Assembly: GCA_018302545.1 (NCBI GenBank)
Contig: JAGVZM010000001.1
Coordinates: 79,033-143,032 of the forward strand
Direction: 5' to 3'
Length of the DNA stretch: 64,000 nt
Origin: Candidatus Woesearchaeota archaeon
Lineage (GTDB): Archaea; Nanobdellota; Nanobdellia; SCGC-AAA011-G17; GW2011-AR18
Part shown: positions 28,050-38,361 of the stretch, piece by piece
How positions within the stretch are numbered: the stretch's first letter is position 1
Layout: every line of letters starts with the position of its first letter
Program-made: the position numbers and the translations under genes
The notes under the pieces: model-generated
Seen by the model: only the letters and a program-made list of their open reading frames with translations
Database searches by the model: none
Told to the model about the DNA's origin: nothing

Positions 28050-28680
28050 AATTAAAAATCTCTTGTTTTAAGCATGATTTAGATTCACTCAAACTATTGC
28101 CAGATCTAGGTTTATCTACTAAAATACCTATATCAATTTCAGCAATCTTAAATCCTAATTTATAAGCCTGTAATAATATGCTAAGATCAACATTCCATGA
28201 ATTAGGAATATTAATCTCATCCAACAATTCTCTACTAGTAATGTAAATCCCACCAGTAGGCCTACTAATTCTTAGATCTGGAAATAATTTCCTTAAATCA
28301 TTTAAAACAAATGAACTATTAGATTGACCATTCGCTCTTACAAAGCTAGCTTTAACTAGATCATAGCCTTCATTAAATTTATTTATTAAAGAAAGAAGTT
28401 TATCCTTAGATAAATTCTCTATATCTGCATCTAAAAATAAAACATCCTCTTCAGTCTGAGATACTCCTAATTTAATTGCATTACCCTTTCCTAATTTACC
28501 CCCAAAGTAATAAATAACATTATCAAAAAGGTTTGCTATTTTTCTTATTTTTTCAGAAATTAAAATATCTGAACAATTATCAATTATATGTATAAAGTTC
28601 AAACTATCAATTTCTTCCAAAATTTCTATTATCCTTTGTAGGTATAAATAATCATTTTTCGTAGGTATAACTACTTCCAA
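28015..28680 (-). CDS. family 2 glycosyltransferase-like protein
   Basis: VVIPTKND, IIDNCSD (DxD-like) and LFLDADI are GT-A fold motifs. Confidence 0.6.
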   Translation of the reverse strand: MEVVIPTKNDYLYLQRIIEILEEIDSLNFIHIIDNCSDILISEKIRKIANLFDNVIYYFGGKLGKGNAIKLGVSQTEEDVLFLDADIENLSKDKLLSLINKFNEGYDLVKASFVRANGQSNSSFVLNDLRKLFPDLRISRPTGGIYITSRELLDEINIPNSWNVDLSILLQAYKLGFKIAEIDIGILVDKPRSGNSLSESKSCLKQEIFNFGGNKNGIRSY

Positions 28681-28946
28681 CTTCTACTCCCGCATATTCT
28701 CAAAGGTATTGTTTTAGAAACAGATTAAAGTGACATAAGCATTCAGTTCCCAAAAAAAACCTTTGGAAAACATGCTTAATGCCATCTAAACATATATCTC
28801 AATAAGTAAAATCTACAAAACATCGACTTTCTTATTGAGTTTGACATAAGAAATAAGACAAACATAAAAACTATATAAACCTTTTCCTTATACAAAATTA
28901 AACACCTAAGAAAAAAGTTAAAATAAGAATCTATTATAAATAGTTC

Positions 28947-29477
28947 ATGTTTATATCATTACAAATTGATAGAGGTTTAGAAAGAAAAGTTGAAAGCTAT
29001 TCAAAAGAAATTGCTACTGGAATATTTAAAGGAATGATTACTTTAGATGCATTCCAAGATGCAACCTTATGGTATCAAAGGATAGATAAGCATACAACAA
29101 CACAATTACCAGTTCTTAGAGAAACTGGAAAACTAGGAAAACCAGGTTACTATCTTCAAATATCTGGAGCAGAAAAGGGTCAAACAAGTGATGATTTAAT
29201 AAGAACTTATGATACAAAAAGAGGAGCTGATTATCTTCATGAATATCCTGCTAATGTAGTTATAACAATAAGTAGATTAGTTGTACAAGCTTCTCCGCAA
29301 AATTTAGAAAAACTAAGAAAAGATCCGGCATTTACTAGAGTTCATGAAACTTCGCTTTTTGATATAATGCAAAGAAATCCAGAATACAAAAAATTGTTAG
29401 AAAAAAGGGGAGTAAGATCAAAAAAAGAGATGATAAAAAGATTTGGTAATGACACACAATATCAATTTACATTTTAG
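28947..29477 (+). CDS. hypothetical protein
   Basis: 176-aa ORF with no recognised motif. Confidence 0.4.
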   Translation: MFISLQIDRGLERKVESYSKEIATGIFKGMITLDAFQDATLWYQRIDKHTTTQLPVLRETGKLGKPGYYLQISGAEKGQTSDDLIRTYDTKRGADYLHEYPANVVITISRLVVQASPQNLEKLRKDPAFTRVHETSLFDIMQRNPEYKKLLEKRGVRSKKEMIKRFGNDTQYQFTF

Positions 29478-29494
29478 GATTAAACTACAAAAAT

Positions 29495-32008
29495 TTAAGT
29501 TCTATCTTTTATTTCTTTAATAAATCTATTAATTGTATTAACCAAATGTTCAGGTTGTGTTCTTAATATTTCAGAAGCCTTTTCAATAACGTCTCCTGAA
29601 TAAATTTCCAAACTAGTCAACTCAAATTTGTGTATTTTATTTTTCTTTTTAACAACACTCTTCCACAGATTAAACAACTCTTCCAATCTTCCAGGAATTT
29701 GATCTTTATTACAATCCAATAGCTTAGCTAATTCTAAAACAAGACCTTGATCTTTATCATCCTCTTCAAAAGCTCTTTTACCAGCAACAAATTCTATTCT
29801 AACAATACTATCTGATATCTTACTTGATTTTAAAATTTTAATTTTCTCAGCTTCTTTAGTATTATCTAAATGAGTTCCACCACAAGCCTCAACATCTATT
29901 CCATTAATATCAACAATCCTAAGCTTTGAACCAATAGGTACTCCTCCTTGATAGATATTAAATCCGTACTTAGTTTCAGCTTCATCTCTGCTCATAAAAG
30001 ATTTATAAATTTTAACAGATTTTTTAATAATTTTATTTGCTTCTATTTCAATATTCTTAAGATCATCTTCACTTAAACTATTGTAATGAGTAATATCTAT
30101 AGTTGCTTTATCTAAAGTCTTCCTTGCTCCAGCTTGATTAACATGTTTTCCTAAAACTATTCTAGCTGCAGCATTTACTATATGCGTACTAGTATGATGC
30201 TGTGCTAATTGTATTCTCCTATTTAAATCAATTTTACCTTTAACTAAATCTCCTTCTTTAAAATCATGATTTTCTAAAACATGAACTATAATCTTACCTT
30301 GCTTAAAAACATCTAAAACCTTAAAATTATTCAAAAATCCAACATCATGTAATTGTCCTCCAGAAGTTGGATAAAAAACAGTTCTATCAAGAACTACATT
30401 TTTACCAATAACTTTCAAAACTCTAGCTTGAAATTCACTTAATTTATAATCAGAATAATATAAAACATCTGTCTCATTAAGATTGCCTAGATTTAACTCC
30501 TTCTCCTTATTAGTCTTAACAATATTAACATTAGTCTCATGTCTACTTGCCACAAGCCCATAAAAATTATCTGGAACTTTAATACCTAAAGGTTTAGCAA
30601 TTAACTCAGGAGATATTCCATTACTATCATACAATTCAATTAATTTTTCAGTATCAACTTTAATTTTCTCTTTAACAATTTTATCAATTATTGATTTAGC
30701 CTTTTGTTTATTATTTTCATATTTTTCTTTCTCAACATTTAATATTTTTTTAACTTGATTTAAATTTTCAGATAGTTCAGGATATTGTTCTTTTAATTCT
30801 TTAGCATGTTCCTTACAAATTTCAAATAAATCAATTTTCCAATTATTTCTTTCAATAAATTCAAAACACCTTCTAGCTAAAATTCTTAGATTATAAGATC
30901 CGCCAACATTAGAAGGTAAACCCCCATCACTAAGTACAAATAATAAAGCCCTTGAATGTTCACCAATACTATAAAGTTGACTTAAAGGTAAAATTTTATT
31001 TTTTAATTCATCAACATTTAATCCAACATTTTCAGCAACGCCTTCCCATGCTTTATTCAAATCTTCAACTTCATCAACATTCAAGTACCCCGCACAGGGT
31101 ATAAATCTGCTCATTAATTTTTTATCTGTCTTTAATCCGGAAATATCATAAAGTTTCTTCATAACTTTAGGGAATGCAGCATCATAAATTGTAGCACAAC
31201 CTTGAGAAAACCAAGCACATCTTTCTTGTCCCATACCCATATCTAAAACTTTTATTGGTAAATCTTTATCTCCATTTGGAGTTTGCTCATACATCATATA
31301 AACTTGATTTCCTATTTCAACCCCTCTTGAAAAAAACTCCATGCAAGGTCCAAAGTTGCCTCCACCTGCCCATGCATCTTCATGAAAAGTAATTTCTTCA
31401 TTAGGTATTCCTAAACCTTTTTTCAACCAAGTGTGAATTTCACTTAAAACTTTATTTTGATCCCACTCATCTTTATTTACAAATTGATGTTGCCCCATCA
31501 TAACAAAACCAGTATGATGACTTCCAGTGATTCCAACATTATCAATATCTACAAATCTCAAAGAAAATTGAGGAATAACTAATTTTTTAGCAGGAGGCTT
31601 GACTTCTCCAGAAATTACAAATGGTTGAAAAGCAGCTATACTAGCAATTGTAAATTCCATTGTTGGATTCCATCTAGCAACAACAGGGTACCTATTTATT
31701 GGGGTATAACCAAAACCCTTAAACATTTTAGAAAATTCTTTCCATACATCTAAGTAACTTAATTTTTTCTTAGCAGGTGTATTTCCTATAAATTTAAAAC
31801 CTCCAGAACAAGAAGAATCACCACAAACATCTTGATTTTTATTTACACTCCAAAAATATTTTTTACATTTAACACAATTATTTCTTTGAAACCCTTCTTT
31901 CTTTAAATAATTAACAGCATAATACTTTTCTGGACTAGAACTAGCTATTTTCCTAAATTCTTTTTTTTTATCCTTATCTGTAAGCATAATCAATAGAAAT
32001 AAAAGCAA
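29495..32008 (-). CDS. alaS: alanyl-tRNA synthetase (archaeal type)
   Basis: Archaeal AlaRS N-terminal catalytic region, HHTSTHIV editing-domain His motif and EACGGTHL. The true start is probably MLTDKDKK at 31987. Confidence 0.92.
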   Translation of the reverse strand: MLLFLLIMLTDKDKKKEFRKIASSSPEKYYAVNYLKKEGFQRNNCVKCKKYFWSVNKNQDVCGDSSCSGGFKFIGNTPAKKKLSYLDVWKEFSKMFKGFGYTPINRYPVVARWNPTMEFTIASIAAFQPFVISGEVKPPAKKLVIPQFSLRFVDIDNVGITGSHHTGFVMMGQHQFVNKDEWDQNKVLSEIHTWLKKGLGIPNEEITFHEDAWAGGGNFGPCMEFFSRGVEIGNQVYMMYEQTPNGDKDLPIKVLDMGMGQERCAWFSQGCATIYDAAFPKVMKKLYDISGLKTDKKLMSRFIPCAGYLNVDEVEDLNKAWEGVAENVGLNVDELKNKILPLSQLYSIGEHSRALLFVLSDGGLPSNVGGSYNLRILARRCFEFIERNNWKIDLFEICKEHAKELKEQYPELSENLNQVKKILNVEKEKYENNKQKAKSIIDKIVKEKIKVDTEKLIELYDSNGISPELIAKPLGIKVPDNFYGLVASRHETNVNIVKTNKEKELNLGNLNETDVLYYSDYKLSEFQARVLKVIGKNVVLDRTVFYPTSGGQLHDVGFLNNFKVLDVFKQGKIIVHVLENHDFKEGDLVKGKIDLNRRIQLAQHHTSTHIVNAAARIVLGKHVNQAGARKTLDKATIDITHYNSLSEDDLKNIEIEANKIIKKSVKIYKSFMSRDEAETKYGFNIYQGGVPIGSKLRIVDINGIDVEACGGTHLDNTKEAEKIKILKSSKISDSIVRIEFVAGKRAFEEDDKDQGLVLELAKLLDCNKDQIPGRLEELFNLWKSVVKKKNKIHKFELTSLEIYSGDVIEKASEILRTQPEHLVNTINRFIKEIKDRT

Positions 32009-32018
32009 TATATTAAGA

Positions 32019-32546
32019 TTATGATTTAATGCTTTTTAATAATGGCAATTTAGATACTTCTTTAGAATATATTTCATAGAAACTAGGACTAATTAATCTC
32101 AAAAGTTTAGACTTAGGAACTTTAATTCTAATATGATTAATAATATCAATTAAAACTTGAGCTTGCTGCCTCAATTCCAAACCAACAACCCTTAGTGTTT
32201 TACTTAACTTAGTTTCATCTTCAGAAAGGGCATCAACCTCATCAAGAGCTTCCATACTATAACCAACTACACTTCTTTTACTAACTAAACCCTTTTTCAT
32301 AAAAGAAACAGATTCTTTAGAAGCTACAATTTTAGAGCTAATGGTCTCGTACTTAAACATTAAATCTAAAAACTTTTGAATATCTTCATTAAAAACACGA
32401 ATTACTAAATTAGGATCATGTAAAGAAATTGAATAATAATCTGAAATAGCAGCTAATTCCTTATCAGATATTGGAAAACTTTCACCTTTTAAAGTTAAAA
32501 CAAAATAGTTTCTTGAATCTCTACTAAAAAAGTCAAAAAATCCCAT
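32019..32546 (-). CDS. hypothetical protein
   Basis: 175-aa ORF upstream of alaS on the same strand. No motif. Confidence 0.4.
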   Translation of the reverse strand: MGFFDFFSRDSRNYFVLTLKGESFPISDKELAAISDYYSISLHDPNLVIRVFNEDIQKFLDLMFKYETISSKIVASKESVSFMKKGLVSKRSVVGYSMEALDEVDALSEDETKLSKTLRVVGLELRQQAQVLIDIINHIRIKVPKSKLLRLISPSFYEIYSKEVSKLPLLKSIKS

Positions 32547-32666
32547 AAATCTCTAAATGAACTAATATTTATAAAATTTTACTTAAAATCAGAAAAATAT
32601 ATATAAACCCCAATTTAACAAAACCTTTATAAAATTTACATTTTTTCCATTACTTAGTGATAAAAA

Positions 32667-34223
32667 ATGAACGATTCATCCCATATAGAAGTGTCAAGTA
32701 TGTCTTTAATAGGAGCTGACGCTTTTTCGCATCTAAGACATGATTCTAGTTCTTTAATTATAAAAGCAGAACTTAGTAAAAAATTGCCAGTTAAAACTCC
32801 AAATGCAACAGAAATAATAGACCACAAAAGATATTTAGAAGTTAGAGAAGAATTAAAAAAAGCAGCAACATTCGCAGGATTCGCAAATGAGGTTTCTTCT
32901 TTAGATACAATAGTTTCACAGTGGTATGAACTACAACAAAGATATGCTAAACAAGTAGTAAAAGAAGTAAATGAAGAAATCAAAGAACAAAAAGGATTAC
33001 TAGACGCAGCAAACGAAGAATTAGCAGCTGGGCAAGTTTTCATAAATGAATTTCATGATTTAAGTAAAAAACCTATAGGTCAATTAGGGATAAATGGAAT
33101 AAAAAAATATACAGAACTAGAAACAAAAGTTAGAGGTTTAGAAACAACTAGAGAAACAAGAGATCTATTACATAGAACTGTAACAAGTATCGGAAGAATA
33201 GAAGAATCATTAACTCAACTAAGAGGATTAGGAAAAGAAGCAGTACATTATGAAATTCTTTCATCTAAAGAAGCATTAGAAAAATTAGGAGAAGAAAAAT
33301 ATGATGGTCCAAAATTTGATCCATTATTGTTAACAAACAAAACAGATATAGTAGATAAATTTAATCGTGATGTAAGTACCACAGCAGTAAGAGCAGGTAG
33401 AACAGCCCAAAAACTAGAAACAAAAATAGACGTAGGCTTGGAAGATCTACCTCCAGTATTATCAGAATTAGTGAGATTACAAAGATATATCTCAGAACAA
33501 GCTCCAGAAACCAGAATACTTGCAGCTGATTTAGTTAAAACATTAGAACTAAAAGAATTAGGATCAAAAGGAATAGGGTCATATTTAGAAGATAATGAAG
33601 TTACATTTGGAGTAAAAACTAATAAAGGACCTACTGGAGCTAGATCATTTACAAGAACAAAAGCAGCAACACCAGATGCAAAAGGATTAGTTACATATAT
33701 GACCGCTAACAACCTAAAGAATTTACAAGGTCCAGATACAAAACAAGTAAATGAATTTTATTTTGGAAAAGCAATAGATTTACTAAGAGAATTACCAGAA
33801 GCATATGAAGGGTTTACAAAAGAAGAATTTCAAGGACTAGCAGCAAGAAATAATTTACCAGTAACACCTATATATATGGCTAGAAGCTTAAGTTCAGGAA
33901 AATATGATACAGACATAAAATGTATAGATCCTTCATTAGAAAAATATAAACTCAAAGAAGTAAAACCAACAGAAACACAATTAAGATACATATTAGAAGT
34001 TGTTAGAGAAGAAGGAGAAAATCAATTCGAACCAAGAAGAATAGCTGAAGTAGTAACAAGGAGGCATAAAGATTATAGAATGATTGAATTAGTAGCTGTA
34101 AAAGCTTTAGAGCAAAACCATACAAATTGGGGTTACAGACAATCAAGTTCCAATCCTATTGCATATCAAAAACTACCTAACAGTAAAAAAGTAGGAGTAG
34201 AAGCTCCTAAAACGTTTATGTAA
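32667..34223 (+). CDS. large hypothetical protein (518 aa), helical N-terminal half
   Basis: Long ORF with no recognisable catalytic motif. Immediately followed (2-nt gap) by the TGase-like ORF. Confidence 0.5.
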   Translation: MNDSSHIEVSSMSLIGADAFSHLRHDSSSLIIKAELSKKLPVKTPNATEIIDHKRYLEVREELKKAATFAGFANEVSSLDTIVSQWYELQQRYAKQVVKEVNEEIKEQKGLLDAANEELAAGQVFINEFHDLSKKPIGQLGINGIKKYTELETKVRGLETTRETRDLLHRTVTSIGRIEESLTQLRGLGKEAVHYEILSSKEALEKLGEEKYDGPKFDPLLLTNKTDIVDKFNRDVSTTAVRAGRTAQKLETKIDVGLEDLPPVLSELVRLQRYISEQAPETRILAADLVKTLELKELGSKGIGSYLEDNEVTFGVKTNKGPTGARSFTRTKAATPDAKGLVTYMTANNLKNLQGPDTKQVNEFYFGKAIDLLRELPEAYEGFTKEEFQGLAARNNLPVTPIYMARSLSSGKYDTDIKCIDPSLEKYKLKEVKPTETQLRYILEVVREEGENQFEPRRIAEVVTRRHKDYRMIELVAVKALEQNHTNWGYRQSSSNPIAYQKLPNSKKVGVEAPKTFM

Positions 34224-34224
34224 A

Positions 34225-35910
34225 ATGCCATTTCCTAAAGCAACCCTAGAATGGGCAAATGATATAAAAGAAGAATTACTATTTAGTTTAGGAACTAAAA
34301 AAGCAATAACAACTTTAGAAAGTATAATCTCTAAAGGTACAATATTTGGAGATGTAAAAAAAGCTATAGAGAAAGTATTCTTAAGAGAAACAACAGCTAC
34401 AGAAACTCCAGAACTACACCCTAGAGAAAAAAAGGCAATAGCTGCATTACTTTATTATGGAATAGGACATAGATATGGTTTTCAAGCATCATTAGAGACA
34501 AATAATTGGATGCCTTATCCACATGAATTAATGGAAGTTAACTGTTACAGTCAAGCAGTTGCTAATTTTGTTGCAACTAAAGCACTTGGATTTGACCCAA
34601 AACTAATTGAGTTTATAGGAATAAGACAAGAAAAACACACAGATCTTGGAGGACATAGTCTAGTTGTAATAAATGTTGGAACTAAAGAATCTCCTGAATA
34701 TTGGACAATAGATCAACCCCAAGGAATGTTCGGTCCAATAAGATTAGAGGATAATAAATTAACAGTAGAAAATCAAGACCAAACTTATTCTAGAAGAAGA
34801 GTAAAATCATTCAATTTCCTGTCAAAACTTGAATCAGGAGAAGAAGAAGTATTAAGTCAAATAGACTCCTTAAGATCAAATCCAAAATTAGTAATACAAC
34901 CAGGACAACGTGTTGGAATTAAAGAATTGGATAGTTGGCAAAGTGAAGAACCAATAAGCGCAGCTTGGTATATAAAATTCGAAGAGACCAATAGAAATGG
35001 TGAACAAGGGGATGTAGTCTCAAGAATATTTTTAGGAAGACCAGGAATAAAAAGTAGAGGATTAGAATATAGACTGAGTATTGGAGAAAAAGGAGATGCT
35101 AAAGAAGAAAGATTATTAGGTTATTATTGTGAAGATTTAATGTGGGCAGATTTTGTAAAGGCAATACCATTAGTTAATTTAGATTATGCAGAAGCAGTTC
35201 CATTATTAGTCGGATTGGATAATATTCCATTAGAAAAAAGATCCGAATTTGAAAGAACTTTAATGAAAGAAAGTGTAAAACCTTCAGCAAAATACAAAGC
35301 AGCATTAGAAGTAGCAAGAGAATCATATAAAAGAGCATTAGCATCAGAGTACAAAGAAATAATATTAACATTAGCAGCAGTAGAATCACTCTATCAATAC
35401 GAAAAAGGAGATAAAGATGATTACTTAACAGAAGAAGAGAGAAGAAAAGAAGTCCAAAGAATAAGAGGAAAAAATATTCTATTTTCTGAATATGCAAAAT
35501 TATCAGGAGAATTAGAACTAAGAAGAAAATCAAAAGGAACGAAAAGAAGATTAAGGATAAATAAACCAGCAGTAGTAGAATACTTAATTCAAGACAGAAG
35601 AGAAGATCCAAGAGTCAGAGCATTTTTAGCTTTAGAAACAGAAGAAGCAATGATTGAAGAAATGATATCCCACAATCCTTTATTTTTCTATGACGCAGTT
35701 GATAGGTTAATATTTTATAATAGAAGAATAAAAGGAGGAATGGATGAAATAAATAGTTTAGCAAGATCTACTTTTAAAGAAAGATATGAAGAAGTTTTAT
35801 TTGGAGGTTATACAAAAATATTTGCAGAATTCTTAGGACATTTCTCAGCAACATTACCAGAATTAAGTCTACAAAAATACAGAAGCAGTATATTAAGAAA
35901 ATTTCAATAA
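34225..35910 (+). CDS. transglutaminase-like (papain-fold Cys-His-Asp) domain protein, 561 aa
   Basis: NCYSQAVANFVATKALGFDPKLIEFIG (Cys), GGHSLVVINVG (His) and TIDQPQG (Asp) match the transglutaminase-like core arrangement. Long helical K/E/R-rich C-terminal half. Confidence 0.5.
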   Translation: MPFPKATLEWANDIKEELLFSLGTKKAITTLESIISKGTIFGDVKKAIEKVFLRETTATETPELHPREKKAIAALLYYGIGHRYGFQASLETNNWMPYPHELMEVNCYSQAVANFVATKALGFDPKLIEFIGIRQEKHTDLGGHSLVVINVGTKESPEYWTIDQPQGMFGPIRLEDNKLTVENQDQTYSRRRVKSFNFLSKLESGEEEVLSQIDSLRSNPKLVIQPGQRVGIKELDSWQSEEPISAAWYIKFEETNRNGEQGDVVSRIFLGRPGIKSRGLEYRLSIGEKGDAKEERLLGYYCEDLMWADFVKAIPLVNLDYAEAVPLLVGLDNIPLEKRSEFERTLMKESVKPSAKYKAALEVARESYKRALASEYKEIILTLAAVESLYQYEKGDKDDYLTEEERRKEVQRIRGKNILFSEYAKLSGELELRRKSKGTKRRLRINKPAVVEYLIQDRREDPRVRAFLALETEEAMIEEMISHNPLFFYDAVDRLIFYNRRIKGGMDEINSLARSTFKERYEEVLFGGYTKIFAEFLGHFSATLPELSLQKYRSSILRKFQ

Positions 35911-35933
35911 TTGATATTAAAAATAAAAAAAAT

Positions 35934-36812
35934 TTACATAAAAGAAGCTGCACTTTCTAAACTAACAGGTTCTCTAGCTGAAGTTGATCCAGATCTAGCA
36001 TAAGCTCTAGCACCTGAAACTGCAGTTTTGCTTCCTGCAACAACATAAGCAGCACCTTCAAGAATCCTTTCTGCATCCTGTTTAACAGGTTGACCATAAA
36101 TTCTTAGTTGTACTGACATTTCATATACTGTAGATTTAACTGACCTTGATTTAGTACTAGTTTTACCCTCTGCTTCTTCAAAAGAAACATTACTAGATCC
36201 AATAGCAATTACTCCTTTTCTATTTTTAATATGATTATCTTTATCTCTAAAAGTAAAACCATCTCTAGGAATATTTGTATCATTTTTATAACCCTTTCTA
36301 GTCTTAACAATAGTATAAGTAGTAGAAAGAGGTTGTCCACTAAGCCTTCCACCATAAGTCTTAGCTAATTGATCAACTTGTGCATCATAAGCAGATTTTG
36401 CTCTTTCTTTATCTAATGCAGAAACAACAAGTGCTTCTACAAAATAATGAACATCAACAGCTCTCGTAAGTTTAACATTAATTTGACTTGGATCATAATC
36501 AAACCCTTTAACTTCCTTTCCTTCTTTTTCAGACAAATCTTTTTCAGCAGCAACTACTGCAGCATCAATAGCTTCATTAATACCCATTGTACTTGTTGCA
36601 GAATATTTTAATTGATCAGAAGGTTTTCCATCTTCCAAACCAGTTAAAGTAACTTCCCAACTTCTAGATAAATCCCAATTAACATCTTTATTATCATGTT
36701 TCAAACCTGTCCTTTCTTTAACAGCAGCATTAAGTTTATCATCTAATCCTTTATGTAACTCTGCTTTCTTAGCAACATGTTCAACTATCAATTCAATTCT
36801 CTCTCTTAACAT
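35934..36812 (-). CDS. hypothetical protein (292 aa)
   Basis: ORF convergent with the TGase-like gene. No motif. Confidence 0.45.
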   Translation of the reverse strand: MLRERIELIVEHVAKKAELHKGLDDKLNAAVKERTGLKHDNKDVNWDLSRSWEVTLTGLEDGKPSDQLKYSATSTMGINEAIDAAVVAAEKDLSEKEGKEVKGFDYDPSQINVKLTRAVDVHYFVEALVVSALDKERAKSAYDAQVDQLAKTYGGRLSGQPLSTTYTIVKTRKGYKNDTNIPRDGFTFRDKDNHIKNRKGVIAIGSSNVSFEEAEGKTSTKSRSVKSTVYEMSVQLRIYGQPVKQDAERILEGAAYVVAGSKTAVSGARAYARSGSTSAREPVSLESAASFM

Positions 36813-36911
36813 AAAAAATTATGAATATCCAATATTAATAAACTTTTCTATAATCATTATAAAATTTTACTACTTGATTAGACGAAAATAAATATTAATT
36901 GTCTATATATC

Positions 36912-37058
36912 TAAAAAATAGCTCCAAATATTAACATAAATAATCCAATTAATATAAAATAAAGGCCTACAATTAATCTAAGAAAATTTGGAAAAGTCAA
37001 AATTAAAATTCCAAAGATAATATTTACAATTGCAATTATTGTTATTGTAGATACCATA
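36912..37058 (-). CDS. small hydrophobic membrane peptide (48 aa)
   Basis: MVSTITIIAIVNIIFGILILTFPNFLRLIVGLYFILIGLFMLIFGAIF has two predicted TM helices. Below the ORF-track length cutoff. Confidence 0.3.
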
Positions 37059-37108
37059 ATAAAATATAAGGCTTAATCTTAATATAAAAGACGTATAAAA
37101 AGTATATA

Positions 37109-37498
37109 TTATAATTTTTGTTTACAAGAAGAACATACACCTATTAATTCAATTTGAAAATGACAGACCTCATCATCAACTAATTCACTTAAAAAATCTG
37201 CATTCTTTATTTTTATATGTTTTAATTTATTACAACTCTCACAAGTAAAATGAACATGGTTTTTTGTGTGATTAGAATAAATCTTTTTATTATTGCAAAG
37301 AAATGAATGTATCTTCATATCTTTTTCTAATGTATTAAGAAAACGATAAATTGTAGCAAGACCTATTTTCTTATTAGTTTTATTCACTTCTAAATGAAAT
37401 TCATAAGCATCAAAAAAAGATTTAAAATTTTTAACTTGTTCATACAAAAACTTTTTTTGAGCAGTCATTCTTCGCATAAATAAGAGAGGATATAGCAT
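37109..37498 (-). CDS. Fur-family metalloregulator (Zur/Fur-like)
   Basis: Winged-helix region LATIYRFL plus HVHFTCESC...CSSC metal-binding Cys/His cluster. Divergent from a ZIP transporter. Confidence 0.8.
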   Translation of the reverse strand: MLYPLLFMRRMTAQKKFLYEQVKNFKSFFDAYEFHLEVNKTNKKIGLATIYRFLNTLEKDMKIHSFLCNNKKIYSNHTKNHVHFTCESCNKLKHIKIKNADFLSELVDDEVCHFQIELIGVCSSCKQKL

Positions 37499-37564
37499 TT
37501 ATATAAATATTATTGAGAATGGTTATCAGTAAAGTTTATATATAGAAAATAATTAAGCAAACTC

Positions 37565-38326
37565 ATGTTAAACATTTGGCTTTATTCATTATTAAGTGTT
37601 TTTATTATAAGCTTAATCTCCTTAATTGGAATAATAAGTTTAAGTATTAAATCAAGAAAATTACAAGATTATTTACTATATTTAGTAAGTTTTTCTGCAG
37701 GTGCATTATTAGGAGACGCATTTATACATTTATTCCCAGAAATAGTAGAAGAGTTTGGTTTAAGTCTAGAAATATCTATAGCAGTATTAATAGGAATAAT
37801 TTTATTTTTTATAATAGAAAAAATAATCCATTGGAGACATTGCCATATTTTAGACAAAAAAGGATCTCACGAAAAAGAACATAAACCATTCGCAATTATA
37901 AACTTAATAGGTGATGCATTTCATAATTTCTTAGATGGAATAATAATTGGAGCTGCATATTTAATAAATATCCCCGCAGGGATAGCTACAACAATAGCAG
38001 TAGCACTACATGAAATACCTCAAGAAATTGGAGATTTCGCAGTTTTGTTACATGGAGGTTTCACAAAAACAAGAGCTTTATTCATGAACTTCTTAACAGC
38101 ACTCTCTGCAATTCTAGGAGTAATATTAGTTTTAATCGCTAGTAATTTAATAGAAAACCTATCAAAGTATTTAGTGCCTTTAGCAATAGGTGGCTTCTTA
38201 TATATAGCAGGAGCTGATCTAATTCCAGAGTTGCATAAAGAAACAACCCCCAAAAAATCAATAGTTCAACTATTATTTTTTATATTAGGAATACTAGTAA
38301 TGATGGCTTTATTATTGTTAGAATAA
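37565..38326 (+). CDS. zupT: ZIP-family zinc/metal transporter (ZupT-like)
   Basis: HEIPQEIGDFAVLLHGGF and HNFLDGIIIG are ZIP signature motifs in TM helices. Confidence 0.85.
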   Translation: MLNIWLYSLLSVFIISLISLIGIISLSIKSRKLQDYLLYLVSFSAGALLGDAFIHLFPEIVEEFGLSLEISIAVLIGIILFFIIEKIIHWRHCHILDKKGSHEKEHKPFAIINLIGDAFHNFLDGIIIGAAYLINIPAGIATTIAVALHEIPQEIGDFAVLLHGGFTKTRALFMNFLTALSAILGVILVLIASNLIENLSKYLVPLAIGGFLYIAGADLIPELHKETTPKKSIVQLLFFILGILVMMALLLLE

Positions 38327-38361
38327 GCTTTATAAACCTTCTAGATTTATCTTATGATATA

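Noticed and set aside
33248-33712. 154-aa antisense ORF inside the 518-aa gene, and the similar 35174..35611 ORF inside the 561-aa gene
   Set aside because: They are low-complexity (L/F/S-rich) and sit opposite well-supported long sense ORFs. They are typical antisense artefacts in a biased-composition region.
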